A stretch of DNA of 63,892 bases, the filler included, from Choristocarpus tenellus KU-1152 (taxonomy: Eukaryota > Protista > Phaeophyceae), in the NCBI GenBank assembly GCA_964200185.2. It is 12 parts of 12 records of this genome, joined end to end, with 100 filler letters (N's around TTAATTAATTAA, not from the genome) between each part and the next. Parts side by side here need not be neighbours in the genome. Positions count along the whole stretch, not along the records: positions 46,225 to 53,706 come from CAXNAD020006090.1; positions 53,807 to 56,591 come from CAXNAD020024782.1; positions 56,692 to 61,155 come from CAXNAD020014426.1; positions 61,256 to 63,892 come from CAXNAD020026068.1; 8 more parts are not named here. One strand, given 5' to 3'. Below are positions 53,171-63,892 of the stretch, piece after piece; the first letter of the stretch is position 1; every line of letters starts with the position of its first letter. Position numbers and translations under genes: made by a program. The notes below the pieces were generated by a model. It had not been told where the DNA came from, searched no databases, and saw only the letters and a program-made list of their open reading frames with translations.

Positions 53171-54128
53171 ACTTCACAGGAACAGGCCAAAATAAAATAA
53201 AAACACTAGATGGTTTCATATTTTTATTCTTTCGAGAACTCATTGCAAGGCTACACTAAAATCTCACCAAAATCCACCTTAGTCGCTGTAAAGTCACAAG
53301 AAACGCCTACCCAATGTGGTACAATTCCTCATCCCCTCAGCCATTGACAGACGGTTTCCCTTCTCAACGTCCCTTTGTTGTGCCTTCTCAATGCAAGGGC
53401 AAAAGCACCTTGAAGGCTACCATCACCCTTGGAGTCAAAACATTCTACATTCTACATTCTACACCACAAGAAAAAAAAACATAAAAGACATTAAAAAAAG
53501 CCAGTGCCAGCTGCCACTGCCAAAGATGCTAAGACACTCGAGGTTATCATTTGTACCTACTTCAAAGTACATACAATAATACTACATTGCCAACGGAAAG
53601 TTTTTTTGTCATACTAATCTGTGTACACTTCCAGAAACACGAACAAGCAGACTTTGGTCCCCTCCCCTCCCCCTCCCCCCCCCCTCCCTCACTTTAAATA
53701 AAATTANNNNNNNNNNNNNNNNNNNNNNNNNNNNNNNNNNNNNNNNNNNNTTAATTAATTAANNNNNNNNNNNNNNNNNNNNNNNNNNNNNNNNNNNNNN
53801 NNNNNNGTTCCGCCGGTGGCCCTCCCGCCCTCCCCCCCCCCCCCCCCCCCTCCCCGCCCCCCCAACTCAACAATGTTTTGTACCCCCTTCACACACAACT
53901 GGAGTGGGGGTTTTGTCTCTCACCATAGATCGATTGATGCCTTCAACCTTCAATCTCTCCACCAAAACCACAATAGTTGTAGAGCAAATATGACGTTTGC
54001 ATCACATCCCTTCAAGTCCAACACAACAACCACTATACAAACACAAAACACAGTAAGACATTTTCCACCCAAATCCCCACTCATCAAAATACAAAATACA
54101 GTACCTCACTGCTGTGTGAAGAACTGAC

Positions 54129-55682
54129 CTGAGATCATCGCCGTCATAGATGTCTAACTCAGCAGCCTGGAGTGCATGACTCCTGAGCTGCCTGAAGTTG
54201 ATGAGGTCATCTGGCTGACTGCGTGGGAGTCCCTCCAATGCCTCGGACTGCACAACCAATGTGTACAATCAATGCAGCAATTATATCAATAACACAGGGT
54301 TGTTTCAAGGCACTGCATACTCAAAAGCACAGTAACGTCAGTACCAACACCTACAGGTGCACCAACCAACACATCCCAAACACACTCTCCTTGGTGAAAG
54401 CTGCTGCTCCACCCACACCAAAACCACTTTCCGACCTTTCAAACCACTTTCAAACATTGAGGGGGCCACAAGGTACAAGCTAGTTCTAGTACAAGGTACA
54501 TATCGAGTACTTAGGTACTTCACCAACAGAACGTCGCATTTGAAACATTCTCTTTCACCAGCACACAGTACTGGAGGTCTCTCTTCTGAACTGGGGGTAG
54601 GGTTAGACCACCACTACAAAAAAAAGCAAGTACCACAAAGACTGTTCAGGATATAAAAAAGAAATCCAATTCTTGACTTGCCCAGCATAAAAAAGAGAAT
54701 GACAACTACAAAAAAACCCATTCAAAATTCAAAATTCAACACACACACACTCACACACACAAAAATCAACACAGCAGCATTGGACAACCTGCTTAGCCTG
54801 TGCAGCCTTCTCCCTCTCTAGGAGGTGTTGGAAGCTCTGACGGCATAGACCAAGTAGGGTAGGTTTCAGTACCTCTCTCGCCAGCGGGTCGAGCAGGGTC
54901 CGGCAGCACATGGTAACCTTAAAAAAAAAGAAGATAATACAAAGCGTCAAGATTGATAAAAAAAAGAGGCTTAACTCAAGGGTTAACTCAAGGGCATCCA
55001 TCACCATCACCACGCAAGCATTCCACTACTGTGGACATTCCACTACTTTGGACATTCCACTACTATGGACATTCCACTACTGTGGACATTCCACTACTGT
55101 GGACATCTATGGGATGAAAATCTACTAACTACTGGTTCAAGAATGGCATCATCTGTAAATAAAATAAATCAACCAACGGGACTAACTTTGAATATAGTTA
55201 ATTGCTAATTGACAAAAGATGATGCTTTTTATATTTTATATTTATATTTTACTTTTGTTGCATGAATACCCCCCCCAACACGCATGTACCTTCCCTCAAA
55301 ATGTGAAATATTTTCAATATAAAGAACGGAATGGTGTGTGTATGTCTGTATGTATCAGAGGTATAAAAATATTAATAATATTAATGAAAAACACATAAAA
55401 ACACGCCTTTCATACTACACAAAAGCCACATACTCCCTACAACCCCCCTCTCCTCTTTCCTCTTCACCACAATCCTCTTGCAAAAGACTAACCCTAACCC
55501 TAACCCCCAACTCCGGTCAGGGTTAGTGCTATTGATACACAATACAGGTATCACACACTTCACACACAACACGATACGGATAACCTCACCCTCTCCAAGC
55601 AGTCTGCAAAGGTGCCCTGGTGTGTCTGGTTGTGCACCTCAATGATCCTCGCCACACCACACAAGATCTGGAGGGTAGCCAC
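54129..55682 (-). CDS. COPB1: Coatomer subunit beta, internal exons 55682-55590, 54917-54789, 54247-54129
   Basis: In-phase exons give DCLERVTMCCRTL...CRQSFQHLL...SQPDDLINFRQL (cf. beta-COP CRQSL and QPDDPISFMQL). Confidence 0.85.
55021..55105. repeat. 17-bp tandem repeat x5 (TTCCACTACTNTGGACA)
   Basis: Direct tandem units with a TCCA...TGGA palindrome, in a COPB1 intron. Confidence 0.9.
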
Positions 55683-55684
55683 CT

Positions 55685-55735
55685 ACAAAGTGCAAAGTAC
55701 AAAGTGCAAAGTGCAAAGTACAAAGTGCAAAGTGC
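55685..55735. repeat. 7-bp repeat (CAAAGTR)n next to a COPB1 splice acceptor
   Basis: About 7 units. Confidence 0.85.
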
Positions 55736-55927
55736 AACAGTTCCACGAGTGAGTAAGATTATTGGGAGTCAATGGAACAGAGAATGAAGATGAGGGGCTA
55801 GACTCATCCTCTCTCCGAATATGTGTGTGGTATCATTTCATTTAATTCCTCATCTAACCTCATCCTGCAGTAAGGATAAACAGTAAGGATAAACCTCATT
55901 TAATTCATTTAATTTGAACCGATAACG

Positions 55928-56040
55928 TTGGCATCAGAATATCAGAATAGAATACCCCGATGACATTGGCATCAGAATATCAGAATAGAATACCCCGATG
56001 ACATTGGCATCAGAATATCAGAATAGAATACCCCGATGAC
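55928..56040. repeat. ~38-bp tandem repeat x3
   Basis: TTGGCATCAGAATATCAGAATAGAATACCCCGATGACA is repeated directly. Confidence 0.9.
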
Positions 56041-56729
56041 CCGTACTTCTACACCGTTGGAACCTTTCTTTGAACCTTTCCTCTTTAATGATAATAGTCG
56101 ATAATATTTGTTTAACAAATTCATTGGTACTACTTGAAGTTTGTTCGTAGTATCTACAAATATTAGAATTATATGGTATACATATATATTTCGGAGTTTT
56201 TGAATTTGAATATTTGAATATTGAATGTGAGGAAGTACGGTAGGAGGTTGAAGTTGAAGTTGAAGTTGAAGCATTTGAAGGACAATCACGACATTCACAA
56301 ATACTTGAAAAATCCGCTTTTTTATTTGATCATTATATGATTAATTTTTTATTATCATATATTCTGACTCGTGTCGGAAAATTCAAAACGCTAATAATAA
56401 AAAGAAATAAAAACATCTCACTTCAAAAACTCACAAACTTCACCCATAAAAGTAAATTCTAAGAATCGTAAAAGATTGAAAAAAGAAAATGGTTCAAAAC
56501 AAAAAAAACTCCCTTCCCCCCCCCCCCCCACCAAAAAAACAAATGAACACATAAACAAAAATAAATATCAAAAAAAAAAAAAAAAAAAAAANNNNNNNNN
56601 NNNNNNNNNNNNNNNNNNNNNNNNNNNNNNNNNNNTTAATTAATTAANNNNNNNNNNNNNNNNNNNNNNNNNNNNNNNNNNNNNNNNNNNNTGGAGAAAG
56701 GGAAAGAAAATGAGGAAGAGAAAAGGGGG

Positions 56730-56791
<62 letters not shown>

Positions 56792-57895
56792 TGTCAGTGA
56801 GGAAGGCAAAGGTCCTTATTGATGTCACCTCAATACTTTAGAGGTCTATCTAGCTTTCCAACTGATTCCGCATATTATCAACAGTGGTTTTCCAATATAA
56901 CGCGTGTTACTTCTAAAGGGGTTTACAAATAAGCCATACCTCAGTTTAGGCCCTAGGGCGGAATGCTACCAAATGTAAACAAATTTAAGTCCTTGTTAAC
57001 ACATAGAATCTTTGGTTGTAGACACAGGAGATAAAATTACCAACTACTTTCAGTCTTACAGAATAGAAGCACTCAGTTCAAGGCTTGAGACTCCAGAACC
57101 AGAACCAAGCAGACAATGATATTTGGTCAGATGCCGATATATCAGTAGTGCTGTATGTCCCTTCTCCACGAAAGACACAGTAGCCACAAGGTACATGGAC
57201 ATCCCATGCAATACCTCTCCGCAGTAGATTGACCCGACGAGACAGAAGCACGAGGGGATCAGACATGCAACTTGTAATGCACTCTCCCTGTCCACTCTCC
57301 TGTATGAGCAGCATCTGACCAACAAAATAATAGTCATATTAGAGTGCTTCGACCATGACCAAAGGAATAAGTCTATTTACAGAGCGTCAATGCTCTTTCC
57401 GTCAAGTCTATCACCACACCAGATATTCCTAAGGCCCAGTCTACCACAGCAGCACCGACATGCTACGAAAGAGTGAAAAGTGATGTGTTTACCAAAGGAT
57501 CACTGATTCACAAACACAAAATTATAAGTTTCAATGTTTTCTTTGGGATGACACAACTAGAAATGTTACCGTTCCCTGGGCATATAATATTGCTCATAGG
57601 TGTCGTAGGATGACTGTATGTACAGGATCTCCAATTGACATGCACACAAGCATGTATGTGTACTATGTACTCCAGACCAGTGTTTGTGTCTAAATCTATG
57701 TGAGAGAATGCAATTGTATGCTGTTGTCTTATCCTAAAATTATTTTCGGCATCCAAACTTCTTTGCGACTGTTGGATATATGGAAGCAACCATTGCAGTA
57801 TCTCAGAAGGAATATCATAGTTCGTTCATGAGTATCAGTGCTGGTTTACCGTTGCATACACAATCTGCCTAGCAATATCAAAACAGAGGCCTCAC

Positions 57896-58893
57896 CGTAG
57901 GCGCCAGTCTGGACCATGGAAGAGTCAGAGATGCCAGTTTCTTCTTCTAACTCTCGACTCGCCGCGTCCTCCAACCCCTCGTTCTCTTCCACAAACCCTC
58001 CTGACATGTGCACAAAACAAATGTCGGGGGAGAATCAGGCGCATCTCCCATCCTTGCTGCGGAAATGTAGGCGAGGTGCTTTTCTCAAGGGTATGAGGCC
58101 GTTCTGGGGGAAGTTCATGGTATACAATCGATTTCTACCATCACGATTTTTCCTCCAATGGACCAGAGAACCATGTTTCGGAAAATACATCGAGAACCTG
58201 GGTCAAAGAAACTATGAACCAAGCGGTGCACCTGGTAATGCCCAGCACCCTTTGCATGGGTCGTTCTTCCGCTTAATTAATAGTATCATTGGCTCGTTCG
58301 CCTCTAAAGTATAGATGAGGCAGTCCACAGTCACGGCGGGGCGAGGCCAACTGTACCGGTAGCGAAGGGGGAGATCATCATCCCCAGCCATGGTTTGAAT
58401 ACCTTGTGAACTATTCCTGTTTAGGGAGCAGATGGCGGCGACAGCAGCGACGATGGCAAAGACAATGGAAGGTTGTGTAGTAGATGCTCTGAGGGATAGG
58501 GCATGACTCTAGGTTCATTCTCCGCAATCACTACTCTTGCTCGTTTGACTCTCCTAGGGTCTTTAGTGTCAATGTTAGTCGAATATCGGGCCTCCGATAA
58601 AAGAGGCCCAGCTCAGGTTTGCGGGACTGGCAGGCACAGACCAGTGTTGAGATATGACAAACACAAAAACATCAGCATGGAAATGTTGGATGCCGTGAGG
58701 GGAACTGCTCAGTTGTCCTGATTTGTCACCTCAACCAAGAATAACTGCATAGACCACTTCGACACGAAGACCGCAAGCCTGGAGACAAGAGCCAAGATTT
58801 GCTAGGTGCAAATGCAAGATTAGTACGAGCTATAGTTGTGCTGGGTAAGAGGCACAGAGTCAGAAGACGTGGTGTAGCGTGTGTCCAAGGCAT
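57896..58893 (-). CDS. Nudix hydrolase (ADP-ribose pyrophosphatase/MutT-like) with predicted plastid presequence, 3' partial; exons 58893-58730, 58488-58232, 58000-57896
   Basis: WPRPAVTVD...[41 protein letters not shown] contains a full Nudix box. The first exon has LA-FAP; phases are consistent. Confidence 0.88.
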
Positions 58894-61800
58894 TGAAGAG
58901 AACAAGACATGCAATTCAAGTCGAGGTATATATAATATCAATAGTTACGTTGATCACACACCAAAAACGAGTTAGCAGGTGTATTTTTTATAGTTTAGTA
59001 TGTTGTTTCTTGAAAGAAATTGATGGTCCAAACCCCATCAACGCCAGACATGGAAATAATAGTGTTTCCACCATCCAATTGACTCAAATCAATTAAGAGG
59101 TAAGCAGGCTTGGACCCTTTTTGCATTCTAAGCGGTCGTTCTTACCCTGTGCAATGCTCTTTATCTCATTGCCTTATCTCCACACACAAAGTTACCACCA
59201 CAAATAAGCAAGTCTCTTTTACTTGTAGAAAATGGCGTCTATCTACCCTTTCTCAGAATTCTTAAAACGCAACCATTCCTACCCCCATCAATTGGTTTGG
59301 CTCATTCCATGTGGCAAACACAACAGAATGTAACCTCTCGTTTCAAGTAGTAAAAAATACTAAAACTCAATTAACACAACCGCTCAGAACTTGCTTCTCA
59401 TCATGATAACTGTGTAACTGCTGCCATAAGACTACCTAATTGTGCTGCATCTGTTCTTGCCTTGCTTGTCACGCCATGGATTCGATCGACCTTCTATTGG
59501 TCAGTCCAGTCTAATGATCACTCAATCAAATTTCGTTATGGTGGACTCACCTCGATGTTGTCACTTCGCTTTGTTCCGCAACATTATTTTTGTTGCAATA
59601 TAGTGCAGTATGTAGTGCAATGATCAGACCTCGGGTCAGGATACTCTCTAGAATAAAAAGCGATGACAACAAAAACAGCGGTAGTATTACAATACCATAG
59701 TAGTTGAACTACAAAAACAGCTATGTTAAGGTACTATTACTACCACTTAGAACAATAGTGACGATGTATGTGTAAAACTCTGATATAAAAACACTACGAA
59801 CCAAGACAATGTGTACACCTATTCAAATAATATCCTCCCACACGACGAAACAAAGTGGGGGGAAGAGTGGTCACCGTCGGGCTCCTCGTGAAGAGTAGGC
59901 TCTGTTGGACATATCAATGCCAACAAGCAATCCATCAAGCACGAACCTACCATGGGGCAAAACGGAGAGGTCTTCCACACGGTAGTTAATACGATCTGAT
60001 AGGCGAACACAACTTGCTGCAACGTATTGAAGCTTATGTCTACAATATGAATTTATCCCTTCACAAGTTAGGATTTTTTTTTCTACCGAGTGTACGCACT
60101 GTCGTGACTGCATTTTTTGTCAGCTGTAGTGCTTTAGAGTACCTCGAAAATCAGCTTCTTCTGATGATACTGATTGTTACGGCTACTCACTAATTTTATG
60201 TTCTGAATGGTGTGAATAGTAGGCATCAAACTTAATTCTAACAATCATACCTTACTTAGTAGAGTGTTGAAGGCCGAAGAGATACACAAGAAAGATATGT
60301 TGATGATTATTGCAGCCTCATGTTTTTTAAACAGAATTTGAAATAATTAGTTTTGATTCATGAACGGAGACTGGATGAAGGGGAGCATGCCTGATCTGAG
60401 ACTCAAATAATGCGAACGTGAACATACAAAACACAATAGTAAACTGCCAGACCGTTTGGCAGAACAGATTATACAGTTCAAGTTCATACAGTCATTGATG
60501 AAACCATAATATGGGACTTCCACTGCGTACCAATGTATCTATAGTGGATCGTTCTTTATACGCACTGTTGAAGAGATACAAGTACAGTAATACTATTATA
60601 ATAATCGGAGGGGGGGAAAGGAGTGAGAAGAAATAAAAAAAAAATTAAGGAAAAAAGAGAAGAAAAAGGAAAGAAGGAAAATGAAACAGTGTGTTTATTA
60701 GGAGGGTAACAAAGAGAACCTAGGTTAGCGCTACCTTAGCCACTGCTTCAGTGTGACGTACGCCAGTTTTCTTACAGCTTCCTTGAAAAATCTCTCTCCC
60801 ATTAGGCTGGCTGTGCTGCCAACCACACCCTTATGTCACCTGTCCATGTTGGTTGATTGCCTGTACGCTCCATCCCTTAACAACCATCATCGTTCCTAAC
60901 CTCTCAAGGTTAATCTTGTATAGGCACATCCACCTGTCCTTTTCCTGTCCACACAACCTCCGTTTTCGATTTGCAAGCTCCCCAGATATCAAGACCTTGG
61001 GGAAATCAATCATTCGCTCCGAGTGTAACTGACCCTATGAACAGGAGGAGTCTCTGTTCTCGCAGAGTCGGCAGGGTTCTCTAACACTCAGTCTCCACTT
61101 GGTATATTTGTAGGGAAGTGCGTGATCAATGTTTGACCCAAAGTATCTGGGTGGGNNNNNNNNNNNNNNNNNNNNNNNNNNNNNNNNNNNNNNNNNNNNT
61201 TAATTAATTAANNNNNNNNNNNNNNNNNNNNNNNNNNNNNNNNNNNNNNNNNNNNCTTCGCAACACCATGGTTCCTCATCGCTAGTAGTCTACGCATTTT
61301 GCTTACATGTACGATGCATTCGATTCAGGTTTTAACAAGGGGTTCTGTGTGTTCTGGACATCGCCAGAAAAGAGAAGACATAATCATTGCATTGTAATGT
61401 TTATGGAATTGTGATTTAACAATATAGGCAGGGCTATAGGACACACACGAAAATCTTGAGTCCGATGTCTAAGTTCTCTCATCCAAGGGCGCATTAAGGG
61501 GGATAGCGGTAAGTATAAGAAAACAATGACAAAATATACAATTCCCAAAAACATCTGTTGTCATCAGGCCAATAAAAGCATGCGTATCAGAACACATGCA
61601 CGTGAACCTAAGAAAAATATGTAAATTCGAATAAACCAAATGTAAAAAAAACTGTGGATATAAACAACGTCCAACCTGTGCAAAATAGGACAATAGTGAG
61701 GTGTACCTTTTTTGTGTATATGAGATTATTGTGTTGAATTGAGTCCATATGATGTAACTAATGAAATAGTACACATCCAGATTATGTATGGGATTATATA

Positions 61801-62259
61801 TTGGTATTTATTCTGCATTCAACTACTTTGACATGACCGTTGACTCAGATAGGAAGCACAAATAAATAATAAACAAGCAATGAGAAGAAACCCCACAAAG
61901 GTCACTCTTCTAATTTCAACCATGTAATCACGTTCAAGCAAAGGGGGTCGTGTGAGGCTTCACACCTTCTTATCTTCACTAACAAACAGCATTACCTCCT
62001 AAGGTAAATTTGCACATTTCCCACTGAGGGATTGCCAGTTGGATTCTGAAGTGAACCTCGTTGGATTCTGAAGTGAACCTCAGGTATTGACCATGCAGGA
62101 TTGTGAATGTCTTGTCCAGGTCGTTGTGGTGAAGGTATGTGAAGTCAGGGATGATGACAGTCTGAAGGGGCACAACGCGGGGACCCGGTTATGCGTCCTG
62201 CAATGCCATGAAGATGTTCTGGTTCATGACGAAGAGGATCATAGTGCAACAAAACACTG

Positions 62260-62700
62260 ATGAATTTGTACTGGTAGGTCTGATGGCTTGTTTACTCAAT
62301 CAGACAATGTTCGATGTGAAAGTATGTTTGGTTGTGCTGTGATTAACACGTTTAGAGACAGGTGTATGTGACATAGTGCAACAAGAGACCTGCGGGTTCG
62401 GTCTGGTGCATGTGAAGGGATATTTTGCTCAATCTGACTTTGGTTGAAGCGAAATGTGTACTGGTACGTCTGGCAGCATATTTTACTCAAGCAGACTATG
62501 ATTGATGGGAAGTGTGTGGTCATTCATTGAGATGCTCAAATGAAGATATTCATCCTCTGTGAAGAGGCTTGTCACCTTGGCTGAGAAGGGTTTCGAAGGA
62601 TGGTTTTAGCTCTGTATATATATTGCATCCTGGCGTGTGCCTTTTACGTATTGCAGAGTGAATAGGATGTCTTATAAGGGGGCAATGCCAGTCAAGTAAA
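62260..62700 (-). pseudogene. Probable decayed LINE reverse transcriptase
   Basis: A frameshifted KGTRQ(G)C-like motif at about 62625-62645. Confidence 0.3.
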
Positions 62701-63892
62701 AATAATCAACACATGCTATGCAACTGATAGCTTGTGTGAGAAAGAAGTAAAATGAGGAAGAAACAAGACAAGCTTGAATCCGTATCTAAGGTAACTACCT
62801 GTATGTATGATAGGTAGCGACTGTTCTCATGCTTCCTATGTACGGTGATGTTCATACAGTGGTTGAGTAAGTTGTGATGATGAGCTAATGAGCTAATGAG
62901 CTAATGATGTAAATGGGAATAGTGACCATTGCAATGACCAAATCAACATTCATTATGGACTGACGATTCTGTACCGTATCAAAGCAAATCGAATGAGTAG
63001 CCTATTTTAACATTACTTGTGTTCGATTCGGGGCTAACTGTACCTTGGACGGTCTCTTCCTAATGTGTTCGTGCAGTTTAGAGCTGATGGGTTATGCCCT
63101 TTCACAGTGGTTCCGGTTCTATGCGGACCGGTCAGAGATGTCAGTACATGATATATGACACTTGAGGTGATGGTATCTGCTCAACTGACTAAAATAAAGT
63201 GTGTCCAACCCAAGCAAGGTTCAGACTGCCAAAATGTAAGATTTTATAACTAAACCTTTTCATTTTTGGCGAAGTTTCCAAACACTTCGTCAAGGCCTAC
63301 ATTCTATACCTTTTCCTTCCCCACTGTTTATTCTCCTCCATTTCGTAACTAACACTGCTCATATTCTCCTTATTAAATTCGCCATGTCAACACAATAATT
63401 CTTCTTTTTGCAACTCTGTTTCTCCAACTAACCCTTGGCACATATCTGCCAAGAAAAGGTGTCCCTGTAGTAAAACCGTGTCTTCCTTGTAACCCTCCAT
63501 GCTTACAAAAATATGGCTTCGATAAATATTCGGGTTCGCCTTCCTACCTCGAAATGGTCGGAAAGCTAACCCTAACTCACATGTATACGTCAACCTTGCA
63601 AACCTAACCGTACAGGGCCTACTCTCTCCCGAAGTCTCATTACTCAAACATTAATCAATAATCTCTTTGTACTGAGTTATTCCAATCGCTGTGTGAACAC
63701 ACATCTTTTACATTACTCCAATGACTCAATGTACTGATGTAAATTCTCTGGATAGTGATACTGATCCTTCGTTCATTTGATACCCCGCATATTGGCTCAA
63801 AGTACCTCGGGGGGGGGGGGGAGGGCTGTCCATTTTGGCCTAATTCTTTAATATCGCGATTTTTTGGTTATTTGGTTACATACGCCGGAGGG

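Noticed and set aside
53001-53195. Hydrophobic poly-Val/Ala/Ile ORF
   Set aside because: Translation of a trinucleotide microsatellite.
1-63892. Functional clustering of SEC6, COPB1 and other genes, or an endogenous giant-virus region
   Set aside because: The genes lie on separate contigs joined arbitrarily, and no viral hallmark genes were recognised.

Overview
This is eukaryotic nuclear DNA, not one continuous locus. About 12 short contigs are joined by artificial N-TTAATTAATTAA-N linkers, and many break at the poly-G/C tracts of one dispersed MITE. The organism is most likely a photosynthetic stramenopile, a brown alga or relative (inference). Support: intron-rich GT-AG genes, two presequences with signal peptide plus ASAFAP-like cleavage site, a flagellar SPATA17-like gene, CCCTAA repeats, and a mitochondrial-type trnL-H-C-N-F cluster. 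Host genes: a complete CCT-domain gene whose CCT motif appears split by about 110 aa; a complete plastid-targeted orphan membrane protein; and partial SPATA17-like, SEC6/EXOC3, coatomer beta, retropepsin-like aspartic protease, plastid-targeted Nudix hydrolase and HSF-like genes. The rest is dense transposon debris: four MITE families sharing GA(G/C)YCAAA termini, solo LTRs with 4-bp TSDs, and remnants of Copia, RTE-like LINE, hAT and Tc1/mariner elements. The most notable observations are a mitochondrial tRNA cluster inside a MITE, the split CCT domain, and an antisense HSF-like exon inside the apparent span of SEC6. I cannot support a claim of a new multi-gene system. All family assignments come from motif recognition by eye, not from database searches.
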